Of a DNA stretch of 64,000 bases, positions 38,736 through 51,800 are shown piece by piece. Each line of letters starts with the position of its first letter. The first letter of the stretch is position 1. Below the pieces are notes generated by a model, which did not search any database, was not told the origin of the DNA, and was given only the letters and a program-made list of their open reading frames with translations. The DNA lies in contig NC_043006.1 of the NCBI RefSeq assembly GCF_006345805.1, positions 65,472,001-65,536,000 on the forward strand, given 5' to 3'. This DNA comes from Octopus sinensis (Eukaryota). A program made the translations under genes and the position numbers.

Positions 38736-39593
38736 AGATGTAGTAGGGCAGCACTGAAGTAGTCACCTACATCACCCAGTAGTCGGAACTAAATTACACT
38801 GGGTTGATATTATATGTATGTACATTTAAAATGATGAGGGTGTGGCAGTGAATTGTAGTAAGAGGATGTTGAAAAAAAGTTAGTGAAAGAAAAGTGGAGA
38901 GAGTTAAAAAATGTTTAAGAAGCTTGGTATTAAGAGTCTCTCCTCTGTCCACTGTTAAAAGCAGCAGCAGCCGTAGCAACAACCACTTTGTATGTCTATG
39001 TTGACTATCTGTTGGAATGTTTGTTAAAAGAGTGTTACTGGGTTAAAACTTGTTAAATCTTGGTAACTGGTGTCCCGGATGGTTTTAGTAGAGCAGCAGT
39101 AGGTAGATTAAAAAAGAGAGTGGAGACAGACAGATAGATAGATAGATAGAGGGGGAGAGAGAACGAGAGAGAACGAGAGAGAGTGACAGACAGATAGGCA
39201 GATGGTGAGCAATAAAGGTGTGAACATGAATTTTACTTTGTTGCTGTTTCACCTTTGAGCAATTTAGTTCAACCCTGAGTCAGCAAACTTAGGATCAAAG
39301 GTGTTTAAACTATTATCCTTCTGCTTTTTGGATCCCAGAGACTTGATTGACCTGTGTGTCTGTCTGACTGTTACTCTTTAAGGTGGTAGGTTGTAATTTG
39401 AAGGGATTTTTGCTGTTGTTTCTTGCAGGTTGAGTAACCACATAAGGCACCCTTATTAGCTTGAATTTTAGTTTGGAGTTTGTAAAACATTTTGTGTGTT
39501 ATAGAAGTATAAATCAATTTATTGTGCAACAAAATTTTAACAACAAAATCTTATATGGACCCCAGTTGAGAACCACTGATGCAAACTCTAGAT

Positions 39594-40617
39594 CAGTGAT
39601 TCTCAACTGGGGAATCTCATATGGCACCTGAGGGTCCATATGAGATTTTGGGAGGGTCCACATAACAAAATAGTAAATTGGAGACCCACAATAGTATTCT
39701 AAGAGCTCCTGCTTTAGATGTATGTATTGCAAGAAACAGCTGGGTTTCTTTCTATAACATTTTACGTAGTGCCGCTTACACAAGTTAATGTGTGAAAAAA
39801 CAAAATAGGAATTTTGAACGAGATTTTTATAAAACTAGTTTTTAACCCATTTGTTACTATATTTATTTTGAGATGCTCTGCATTTCTTTCAATTAATTTT
39901 AAATATAACAAAGAATTTAGTAAAATAACTTATCATTAAGTTAGTGTTAGGAACATAAATTGTGACTAAGGTTTGACAGAAGATTTTAATTCAAAACTTA
40001 TGTAAACAAGACATTTGTACTCAGAGCCAGAGGCAGTTACAGTTGGGTCAGTATCAAAATGGTTAAATTATTCATTTGTTAACCCTTTTGTTACTATATT
40101 TCTGTTGAGATGCTCTGTGTTTCTTTCAATTGATTTTAAATATAACAAAGAATTTAGTAAAATAACTTAGTTATCATTAAGCTAGTGTTAGGAACATAAA
40201 TTGTAATTAAGGCTTTGTGAAAGATTTTAATTCAGAACTTACGAAAACAAGACATTTGTACTACAGAGCCAGAGCTGATTTCAGCTAGGTTGGTATTGAA
40301 AGGGTTAAATTAATCATTTGTTAACCCTTTTGTTACCATATTTCTGTTGAGATGTTCTGTGTTTCTTTCAATTGATTTTAAATATAACAAAGAACTTAGT
40401 AAAATAATTTAGTTATCATTAGTGTCAGGAACATATATTGTGACTCAGGTTTGGTGGAGGATTTTAATTAAAAATTTGTGAAAATAAGACTACAGAGCCA
40501 GAAGCGATTTCAGCCAGGTCGACAACAAAAGGGTTAAGCATAGAATGGCTAGTGGGGTCCACCAGGATAAAATAGTAATGAAAGGGGTCCACAGATAAAA
40601 ATGGTTGAGAATGCCTG
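39594..40617 (+). mobile_element. hAT (Buster-type) MITE hosting the family D trimer
   Basis: TIR cagtgattctcaac / gttgagaatgcctg. 8-bp TSD ctcTAgat (39586-93) / ctcTAggt (40618-25) with the central TA typical of Buster-family hATs. Confidence 0.8.
39846..40533 (+). mobile_element. Tandem trimer of piggyBac-type MITE family D
   Basis: Units 39846-40062, 40083-40304, 40325-40533, each CCCTTT(T)GTTAC..GTAT.GAAAGGG and bounded by TTAA. Spacers attattcatttg and attaatcatttg. Confidence 0.9.
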
Positions 40618-41166
40618 CTCTAGGTCATCCCTAAACAGTCAGACTTATAATGAAATATTCTCCAACTGTTACTATTCTCTCTTTTTGTTTCTCACAGAAT
40701 ACATTGTTCTGGATGTCTTTCTGTCCTTCCTTTTGTTTTAAGATGCTTAGTTCCCTAAACCCAGACTACATTTGAAAAAGGATTAGCAATGTCCATAGAC
40801 CCAGCGTTCAGTGATTGTGAACAAACAAGTGTTTATATTGAATACGAGTCACTCTTGTTGAGAAAATCTTTCAAGAATAGCTCACCTCGACACCCAAGTT
40901 ATTGTTGTTTTGACCCTTGTTCAGGTCAGACGTCCTCTTGCCAGCATAAGTGACCCAGTCCTGCAATAAATGTGGTCTTCGACTCTTCAAAGATCTGTTT
41001 GACTCAAGATAATGGATCTTTGAAACATAGTGATAAGGGTTTTTGCTATCACCATAACCCTTCAGAATATGCAGTATCTGTCTCTATTTCTTATCTTTTT
41101 TTACTTGGGTTTCCTAATTTAGTAATACATACACACACCATACGTGTGTATGTGTGCGTGTGTTTG

Positions 41167-41202
<36 letters not shown>

Positions 41203-41216
41203 GTGTACTTGTGTGA

Positions 41217-41255
<39 letters not shown>

Positions 41256-41269
41256 GTGTACTTGTGTGA

Positions 41270-41309
<40 letters not shown>

Positions 41310-41436
41310 GCATGTTTGTGTATATGTTACTCTCTCTCCTTTCCTTCATCATGTGATAGACGTGAGTGAGCATCACCATAATGCAAGTGGTGCCCTTTAT
41401 TTCCAATCTTCTGAGACATCTGCTCATGAGGAAATA

Positions 41437-41677
41437 TATTTATTTCTTTATTGCTCACTTTAGGGGGCTAAACATAGAGGGGACAAACAAAGACAGACAA
41501 AGGGATTAAGATGATTACGTCAACCCTAGTGCGTAACTGGTACTTATTTAATCGATCCTGAAAGGATGAGAGGCAAAGTTGACCTCAGCAGAATTTGAAC
41601 TAGAACATAAAGACAGATGAAATACTGCTAAGCATTTTGCCCGGCATGCTAATATTTCTGCCAGCTTGCCGCCTTCC
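41437..41677 (-). mobile_element. SINE family B with a 12-bp TSD, inserted in a family A type ii tail
   Basis: Head ggcggcaagctggcagaaa..gagttcaaattc, core ctttcatcctttc..gat..aagtaccag. TSD catgaggaaata at 41425-41436 and 41678-41689. Confidence 0.9.
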
Positions 41678-42495
41678 CATGAGGAAATAATATGTTGCTT
41701 GGAAACAGGAAGGGCATCCAGCTGTAGAAAAGCTGCTTCAACAGAGTCCATTTGACCTATGTGACCATGGAAAACTGGACATTAAAAACAAAGATGATAA
41801 GCCCCGCTAGTGCTGTTACCATGCAAAAGGCACCCAGTCTCCACTCTGTAAAGTGGTTGGCATTAGGAATGGCATCCAACTGTAAGAACCATGTCAAAAC
41901 AGTGGAGTTTGGTGCAGTCCTGTGGGTTTCCAGCTCCTGTCAAACCATCCAACGCATACCAGCATGGAAGAGAGCTGTTAAATAACGATTTCTGTGTGTG
42001 TGTATGTGAAGAGCACATTTAATAACCAAATCAAATTACATTGTGTAAGAGAAGATTGTAAAACTCTTGTTCACTCGCTGTACTGAGAATCAAGTTCTTG
42101 TTCATAGTTGAGTTCCTTGTCAAATGATTGTGTTCTCTAAATTATCTACATGTATAATTGTGTATTGATGTGTGTCTCATCAATATCACCATCATCATTT
42201 TACACCTACTGTTCAGCTGAGCATGGCATGGTTGGATTGTTGCTATGTGAGTCAGTTCCGTATTTGCTGTTACAGGCCTTTCAGATGAATTGGAGACATC
42301 AACTTGGTTACAAAGGTTTCCCGGCTGCATTTTATTGTGGCACTTGCATTTCATCTTGAGAGTTGATAAAGTAGCAATATAGGGTGATGAAACTGTAAGA
42401 ACATCAGGACCAAATGCCTTGTGATATTTATTCTAGTTTTTGTGTTTTGGGTGCAAATCCTGCTGTGGCCTGCTTGAGCAGTTGTCTTAATCTGT

Positions 42496-42854
42496 CATTT
42501 GATTTGACACTTGAGTGGAATCCACTCTGTTACAAATACACCATCACATTTTACCTTGAGTGGAGTCTACTCTGTTGCAAGTACACTATCACTTGGCACT
42601 TTGAGTGGAGTTCACTCTGTTACAAATATGTCATCACTTGGCACCTTGAGTGGAGTTCACTCTGTTACAAATATGCCATAACTTGGCACCTTGAGTGGAG
42701 TTCACTCTGTTACAAATATGCCATCACTTGGCACCTTGAGTGGAGTTCACTCTGTTACAAATATGCCATCACTTGGCACCTTGAGTGGAGTTCACTCTGT
42801 TACAAATATGCCATCACTTGGCACCTTGAGTGGAGTTCACTCTGTTGCAAGTAT
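42496..42854. repeat. 45-bp minisatellite, 8 units, each with an internal palindrome
   Basis: Consensus catcacttggcaccttgagtggagttcactctgttacaaatatgc; central units near-identical, outer units diverged. Confidence 0.95.
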
Positions 42855-43179
42855 TTATGCTTAGTCTTTCTGTGCTTCCTCCTTCACTAGTCTTGGAAAC
42901 CACAAAATATCAAGGGCATTGTCTTCCCTAATAACAAAAAAAAGGTGCCTAGTGATGAATTATGTCAGTATTATTGTTGAATACTTTCACTGTTGTTTTG
43001 TCTAAACAATTGTCTTGTCTTCTTTGTTGTTAGATTCTTACTGCATGTAAGTTAAACATTGCAGTGGATTTCTCACGTGTCTGACTTATCTCTTTCCATC
43101 TAGAAATTAATTTAGCAGTAAATCATGTGATAGATTTATCTAGATGTAATGGGATGGGTTTGTAAAGATGGCTCAGTAA

Positions 43180-43202
43180 ACCAGTGCACACACTCACCTG
43201 CG

Positions 43203-43235
<33 letters not shown>

Positions 43236-43605
43236 TCACACACATACACACACACATTCACAGCTTATGCACAAATCTGCAACATACATACACACAGCCA
43301 CAATGTACACACATACATTCGCATGACATGCACAAATCCACAACTTAACATACACATTCACAGTACACACACACACACACACAATGTACAGATACATTTA
43401 CACATATATGCATATACATATCATTATATACACTCATCCACAACATGAACACATACACACACACATATCCACAATAAGTATTCACATCCACACCCAACTG
43501 TTTCTCATTCGTGGCACACATTCACAACACAAATACAAATCTATAACATGCATACACACATCCACAACAAACACACACATCTACCAGACACACACACATC
43601 AGTAT
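43180..43605. repeat. Degenerate (CA)-rich microsatellite; a similar (TA/CA) block lies at 21760-22390
   Basis: Long interrupted dinucleotide tract. Confidence 0.85.
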
Positions 43606-46600
43606 AAAAATACAGGGGGCCGAAAAAAACTACCAGTTTTTGTACAGGTCTTTCATTATTTTTCTGAGTGGGAAACTATATTCTACATGCCCTCAGCTGT
43701 CAGCGGGCAAGGGCTTGTTATTGTGGTCATCAGGGTTAATCCAAATCTGTGGTGGTGGGGGGGTCCTTGACTGGCTCTACTTGGAGGTTCTCTATCAGAA
43801 GGACTGCACCAGGTGTTCACATATCTTGTATACCATGTATAGTTTCATCGCGTTTCACCCCCGTTCTATTCCTTTCTTACTCCTCTTTTATGTAACCTTC
43901 CCCCTCCCCCCAAACATATTGTTATCTGTCCATGTAACAACTCCTTTATCTAATAATCCTGTGGCAAATAAAGAAATCATCATCACCATCATAATCATTA
44001 TTAAGGTTGCAAGCTGGCAAAATTGTTACATTGCCATACAAAATTCCAAGCGCCATCTCTTCTGGTCCTTTATGTTCTAAGTTCAAACGCCCTTCATCCT
44101 TTCAGTGTCGATAAAATAAATACCAGTTGAGCACTGGGGTTGACATAGTTGACTTCCTTCTCCTCTTGAAATTGCTGGCCTTGTGCCAATATTTTAAACA
44201 ATTATTATTATTGTTATTTTTATGTTGGTGAGGTGGCAGAATCGTTAGCACACCAGGTAGAATGTTTAGCAGCATTTCGTCTATCTTCATATTCCGAGTT
44301 CAAATTCTGCCATGGTCAACTTTGCCGTTTATCCTTTTAGGTTTGATAAAATAAATACCAGTTGAACACTGTGTTCAGTGTAATCAACTTACCTACCTCC
44401 CCTGAAATTGCTGGCCTTGTGCCAAAATTTGAAGCCATTATTATTATTGTTGTTATTGTTGTCATTGTTATCATTCTTGTTGTTATTTTGATTAGTATAT
44501 AAGATTACTTTTATTTAATGTAACCCAATTTCTTTATGTATCATATGTTTATGTTTGTATGTATGGGTGCTGTTTGTATCTTCATGTTCTTATTTTAAAA
44601 TATTAAAGTATTTATTCAGTACACTCCTCCCACTTTTAACTCATCCTAGGTCTGAAATAATATCTTCAGACTGACATTGAAATGTCAGTGGCTACATATT
44701 TAACAGTTCTGCAAAAGTAAGCCGCAGTGTACAGTGTCGTCACTGAAAATCTTGGCCTCTCTTGACCTCTTCTAACTTCTCTCCTACTGCACTGACTGTA
44801 GCTATTACTAGACTTTCAGCTGCTACTTTTTTCTGATCAAAACACACCCTCATTGTTAAAATAACATGGAAATGGAAAAAAAAATAAAGAAAAAAAAAAG
44901 ATTGTTGAAGTCAGTCATTTTGCTGTTGTTTCTTTAATAATTCTTTCTAACTCTCCTGGTAGCAAGTAACCTGCTCAAGACTGCCTCTGATTCCATGATG
45001 ATATCAATCTGAAACCCGATCGCCAATCAATTCACGTTAGCAATTGATCAGCTCGGGAGTGACCATATCAGAGTGTTCTTCATCATTATAACCTATCATC
45101 ATCATTGTCATCATATCCACTTTTTTCATGCTTGCATGGGTTAGATGGAATTTTGTTAAGGTAGACTTTCAACAGCTGCATGCCCTTCCTGTTGCCAACC
45201 CTTAGTTTCATTTTCCAGGTAAGGTAATACTTTCCCATAGATATGGAAAAGTATTACCTTGTTAGATATGCTTTCCATGGAAGACTGCAAATGGTGTTCA
45301 TTTACAGCTACGTAAGATTTCTAGATAAGGTATCTAGACACACACACACACACACACACACACACATTCAGTGGGCTTCTTTCAGTTTGTATCTACCATA
45401 TTTACTGTTGTTGCAGTGGTGCTAAACAACAACCACTACAGCAACAACATCCACTTGAACAGTCCTCAAACCATTCACGAAATGGTGTTAGCTGCTAGGT
45501 TAAATGTTGTCTGGTTTGGTTCATGGTTATACTTTGCTAATCCTATAACTGCAGCAGTTCTGAACTAGCCACATACATGGTATTTATTTCAAAGTGTCTT
45601 GTACTGTTTATGTTACCCTTATCCCTTCCTTTCTCCTACAAAAAATAACAACAGCAAAAAAACAAAACACCTATCTGACATAGAGTTAATTGTTCTACCT
45701 TCTCTTTCTCTTGTTCCCTCCCCACCCCCATCACTTTTGCTTGTTACCCTCCGTGGCTTCATGGTTGATTGGTTGGTGAGTTAAGTTGAAGGCAGAGGAG
45801 AGATTCATCTGCAACAATAACCACTTCTGCATCATTCAGTTTAAATGTATGAAAATTTTCTGAATACATAGAAACCTTCCAATGCATGATAAAGAAAAAG
45901 CAACAAATAAATGATAAAAACACAACTAAGAAATGTCGTCATCATTGTCATCATCATCATCACCATTATCATTAACCTTGTTGTTGTCATCATCATCATC
46001 TCTATTTTTGGTATGGATGATTGTGAAGTCTACTTCTGTTTGAAATAATATCAGTTAAGATTTGCTTTGCTTTAATGAATGCCGCTCATTCAGCAGCTCT
46101 ATATCAAATATATTTGGTTTGAATTAATATCAACAATTTCTTGTTGTTTGTATATTTTTATAATTTATTGGGAGTAGAGTAAGAGAGAGAGAGGGGGGAG
46201 AAGGAGATGGGGAGGACAGTGGAAAGAGAGAGTGAGTGATGGTGATGATGGTAGTGGTGGTGGAGGACTGTTTTATTTATTTGTTCCTTCTTGGTAGCCA
46301 TTGTTGTGTGATGGAGAAAAGGTTAAAAAAAAACAATAAAAATGTTTAAAAATAAAAGAAATGAAGAAAAAGTAATAAATAATGTAAAAGAGGAAAGACA
46401 ACATCATGAAAAAACCACCATCTTTTAGATTTGTTGTCAATTAATTGTAAATCTGTGAGAAAATGGTGAGGAAATTTTTGGAAATTTCCATAATGAAATG
46501 CTAAAGTTAATTTAGTGTGTATGATCAAAGAAACTGGCTTGTGTCTGCTGTTTATGGCAAACTAAATGTCGATTCTGTTCATATTGGATACCATCGATTC

Positions 46601-48898
46601 TGAGTTGGTTTTCCATTAAAACAATTCACCTGATTCAGCAGCCATTGCTGTGTTATCTTTTAGTTTAGAAGTTATTTCATAATATCTTCATTTCCCCCCT
46701 CTTTTTTTTTTGTTGTTGTCATCATCGTTTGTTGTGTCTTATCTGTGTGTGATTTTGGTGTTGATGGTCAATGTTGCTTACAGCTTTATTTATTCTTTTA
46801 CTGATCTAATTACTCAGTGCATATATAGAATAGATATATATCTGTAACATTTCCCCTGAACCAGATTATGTGTGTGTGTATATAATATACATATATATGT
46901 ATATATGTATGTATATGTATGTATACTTCGCAGATGGAAGAATAATTGTGAAACAAAACAAAAAAATATCTCTTTTCGTCTCTACAAAATTGTTTTGTAA
47001 TCTTGGTCAGCCATTTTGATTTTATAAATACCTAATAAATTTTGCTGTTGTCATTTCTTTACATGGGATTTTCTTCTCCTCTGTGTCTTTCTCTCTCTTT
47101 CTCTCTTCACATTTCTCTGAAATACATATGTACAAGATAGACATATGTACATATGTGGATGTAGCATATTATATTAAATTTTATTGTATTGCTCTAGTGG
47201 AGAAAATATTATTCAGATAATTGTATTTTTTTCAGTGGTCAGATTGTAAAGGATAGAAAAATGGCTGACTATTCTGTTCAATCTAAATTGTAGGTATAAT
47301 TTAACTCTCAGTAATAAAAGTGTTTCATTTTGGCCAAATAAGGTGATAGCTCTGATGTTGTGGCAGCAGCAATAACAACATCAATAATAGTAATATTTGG
47401 TGATGGAAGAATAGAAGAAAAGCTGTGAGAAATTGCTTATGACAAAGAAAGAGTGAGGTGGGAGCTATGGTGATTTTCCATCCATTGCAATTTTTTTCTG
47501 TTTTCTTGTTTATTTATTTATTTATCTATTTATTTTTTTATCCTTCAGCCATCATACTTCTTCCAGGCTAATTTCAAGTTCTTTCCATTTCTCTTCATTA
47601 ACTCCTACCTCCTTTTTTTCACCCTTGTCTTTCATATTTTGGTTTATTTTTACTTTCTTATTATTCCATTTTCTCTATCATCACATGTTGTTTCTTCTAT
47701 ATTTGGAATGTAGATATTGTATCAATATCTTCTTCATACATATATACATACATACATGATGCAGCTTAATTTTCATACCTCAGGTTGGCAATTTAAATTC
47801 TATTTGCTGGCTTTGTGTCTTCTTTCTCTTCTCTTTCTTTTTCATTGCTTTTTTTTCTTCTCATTCACTAGTTCTTATCAGGAATAAATGAAAGTAAAAA
47901 AGAAAAGAATAAAAAAGTCACAATAAAAAAAAAAGAAAGACAGAAAAAAAGAAAGGCAACATTTTCTTTCTAGAATGTGTCTGAAAAGGCAGTGTTGCCA
48001 GTGGTGGTGATGTTGGTGGTGGTGGTGGCAGTGGTGATGGTATTTGCTTAGCCATGTTGTTCTGAATGTGTTGTAGCTAGGTGCAATAGAAACCAATATA
48101 TTAGTGTTTCGTTGTCTTTGTCATGCTGACGACTGGCTTAATTATTTGAACTAGTTTACTTGTGATTCTAGTTGAGCTGTGTATGTGTGTGTATGTGTGT
48201 GTCTGTGAGAGAAAGAGAAAGAGAGACGTTGGTGGTGGTGATGGTGGGTTACTGAAAAGCTGTGAGGGCTGGAGAGAAATGATTTGATGTCCATTTGCGT
48301 TGGATTTCACTCCAAGTGACCTCAATATTTATTGATTATGTTATATCACTGCTATTACACATAAAAGAATATTTTGTTGCATTATTACTATAATGCTGAT
48401 ATAAGGGGAAAAAAAACTAAGGAAAATAATAAACGAGGAAGGGATTGCTCAAAGACAGCAATGTTACTGTTGTTGTTGTCGTCATTGCATTTTGGTATTG
48501 TTTGAAAATTCTGCCTCAGTTTCTATCCCCTATTCAGTTAAAGACCATAAGCAACAGTGCATTACATGGTTCAACTTGAGCTTGTATTTAATGTCAAAAG
48601 TGGCTCTGCCATACGATATCGTTTCACTTCCAGACAGGTATCTTTGTAAATAAATGGCTGAAGATTTCTTTCAAGACTAAATGACAGAAATCAATGATAA
48701 GATATTTGCCTTTTGGCTGAAGAGTCAAAGAGTTGATATCTTCAATTCTGCTGGCTTAAATGAGGCATTAAACCTCTGGAAGTGAGAAACATGAGATGGT
48801 TTCTTTGTTGCTACACTAAATCAAAGCACAAAACTGTGATGGAGTCTGTATATGGTCCCTCGGTTTGCTAGAAACAACAACCAAATCTACCTCAAAGC

Positions 48899-49265
48899 AG
48901 GCATGGCTGTGTGGTAAGAAGTTTGCTTCTCAATCCCATGGTTCTAGGTTCAGTTCCACTACATGGTACCTTGGGCATATGTCTTCCATTACAGCTCTGG
49001 GCCAACCAAAGCTTTATGATTGGAGGTGGTTGACAGAAACTAAAAAGTAGCTCATTGTGTGTGTATGTGTGTTTGTTTGTCCCCCACTTGTGTGCTTGAC
49101 AAATGGTGTTGGTTTGTTTACATCCCTATAATGTAACAGTTTGGCATAAGTGGCTGATAGAATGAGTACCCAACTTTAAAAAATTAAGTCCTGGGGTCAA
49201 TTCATTTGACTAAAAGCCTTCAAGGTGGTGTCCCCAACTTGACCACAGTCCAGTGACTGAAAGAA
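48899..49265 (+). mobile_element. SINE family A (right arm type i)
   Basis: Both arms and a (GT) hinge. Confidence 0.8.
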
Positions 49266-50417
49266 AAATAATGATAATACATTGGATAAATATAATCTTA
49301 AATACAGTGTCCGAAAACCGGTAGGAATGGCATGGCTGGAATTTTCATACAGGTTTAATGTTCTTAAATTAGGGCAAGTCTGCATTTTCATTAGTACCTG
49401 AAGGTGCTTGACCTAACAATGGAGCTTCTACAGGATCACTTTAGCTGCTAGAAATAGCAACCAAATTTACTTCATTTACACCCTACTCCCTTAAAAACAT
49501 TTGATCTCATTATTAGATATTACTGTTTCAAATTCTGCTGAGGTTGACTTTGCCTTTCATCCTTTCAGGACTGATAAAATAAGTACCAGTTAAACACTGG
49601 GGTCAATGTAATCAACTTACCCTGCCCTGACATTACTGGCCTTGTACCAAAATTTGAAATCCTTATTTATAGCTTTAAGCACTTTTGAGATCCACTGACC
49701 ATGGACCATGTTCTCTTGAAGTTTACAAATTCCTATGATGTCTGGAGCCTGGTATGGGTCTCTGGCTTACCAGGTCCAGTCAAACTATTGTACTTATGCC
49801 AGTATGGAAAATGGGATGCTAAATGAAGATGATGATGACATATAACAAATGAGAGAAAGAGAAAATGGAATTCATGAGATTTTTTTTTATTTATCACAAT
49901 AAATGCTTCAGCCTATCATGCATTGTGGTCCCTACCAGGTGTATACCCAAGTTTAAAATATATTTATTGAATTAAGTTATCTGTAACTTGATGCAATAAA
50001 GTGTTCCCCTGATGATCCATTGTGGCTGAACCTCTAAATGTACTTGGAACACCTATTGCAGTGCTCCAAACAACCGTAATGCCAAAACATGCTCAGAACT
50101 ATAATATAAACTTGTGTTTATCCTTATTTTTTTTACATTTGGTTTGTAGTTCATAACTAATAATATTACTCAATGTACATGATATTATTCTACAGGAAGC
50201 AGACTGGATTATGACAATCTACATGGAGCTCTAAACATAGTGTTAGGAATGATATATCTATCTGTACACTCAATTTTGAAATGAGGAGTAGATAGACAGC
50301 TGACAACTGATGAAGGGTCGTTTCTCTGTGTTTGGTTGTCCTGTTTTCCATTTTTTTCTCTTGTTTTACGTATTTCATGTTGTTTAAACAATCGGTGACA
50401 TCTTGTACCCATATATA

Positions 50418-50463
<46 letters not shown>

Positions 50464-51060
50464 TACACTATTTATCATTATTATATATATATCATCATCA
50501 TCATCATCATTGTCTTTTAACATTCACTTTCCATGCTGGCATGGGTTGGCCGGTTTGACTGAGGGCTGGCAAGCCAGGATTCTGTACCAGGCTCCAATCT
50601 GATCTGGCAAGGTTTCTACAGCTGGGTACCCTTCCTAATGCCAACCACTCTGAAAGTGTAGTGGGTGCTTTTTATGTTCCACTGATGCGAGGGCCAGTCA
50701 GGCAGTACTGGCATCAGCTATGCTTGAATAGTGCTTTTTACGTACCACTGGCATGGGAGCTAGCCAGTCAGGCGGCACTGATATATATATATATATATAA
50801 ACATTACCATTTTACTTCCATCTTCCATGCTGATATGGGTTGGATGGTTTGACAGGGACCAAAGTACTTTATTAAACTCCACTGGATGCCCTTCCAATTA
50901 CCAACCAGTTTCCATAATGGAGTGGATGATTTTATGTAGCAACATCACTGGCGAAGTCTGCTTTGGAATGGTTTTCATGGCTGGATGCCATCCCTAATGC
51001 CAATCACTTCACAGAATGGACTGAGCGCATTTTATGTGGCAGCAGCACCAGTGAGGTCAG

Positions 51061-51800
51061 CTTTGGGACTCCACACAAGCAAAATAGTAAATTGGTGTCC
51101 CACAGTAGTTTATTTAGGGTCCATGAAAAAATTTACTTTAGATGTGTTTATTGCAAATAACAGCAAGATTTCTTTCTTTTGTATTTTGAATTGTTCAGCC
51201 TACACAAGTTAATGTGTGAAAATCAAAATATAAATTCTAAAAGAAGTATCTATAAAACTAATTTTTAATCCTTTCAATACTGAAACCACCTCTGGCTCTG
51301 TAGTACAAATGTCTTGTTCATAAGTTTTGAATTAAAATCTTCCAAGAAACCTTAGTCACAATTTATGTTCCTAACACTAGCTGAATGATAACTAAGTCAT
51401 TTTACTAAATTCTTTGTTTTATTTAAAATCAATTGAAAGAAACACGGAACATCTCAATAGAAATATGGTAACAAAAGGTTAAATAATTAATTTAACCCTT
51501 TTGATACCAACTCAGCTGAAGCCGCCTCTGGCTTTGTAGTACAAATATTTTGTTTTCATAAGTTTTGTATTAAAATTTTCCATCGAACTTTAGTCACAAT
51601 TTATGTTCCTAACACCAGCTTAATAATAACTAAATTATATTACTAAATTCTTTGTTATATTTAAAATTAATTGAAAGAAACACAGAGCATCTCGAAATAT
51701 ATATAGTAACAAAAGGATTAAACATTGAATGGCTATAGAGGTCCACCAGCATAAAGTAGTAGTGAAAGGGGTCAATTGGAAAAAAACATTTGAGAACCAA
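51061..51800 (+). mobile_element. 5'-truncated copy of the same Buster-type MITE, hosting the family D dimer
   Basis: Colinear with 39645-39845 and 40538-40617; ends tttgagaacca. Confidence 0.75.
51269..51717 (-). mobile_element. Tandem dimer of MITE family D
   Basis: Units 51269-51478 and 51496-51717, reverse complement of the 39846 units, with TTAA at each boundary. Confidence 0.9.

Noticed and set aside
42414-42890. 158-aa ORF with a 15-aa WHLEWSSLCYKYAIT repeat; CRISPR-like appearance
   Set aside because: Units are contiguous with no unique spacers and there are no cas genes. The open frame follows from a stop-free 45-bp unit, and no splice or homology support was seen.
44650-44689. Two adjacent small hairpins (GTCTGAA/TTCAGAC and ACTGACAT/ATGTCAGT) followed by ACA
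   Set aside because: Too short and overlapping for an H/ACA RNA, with no hinge box.
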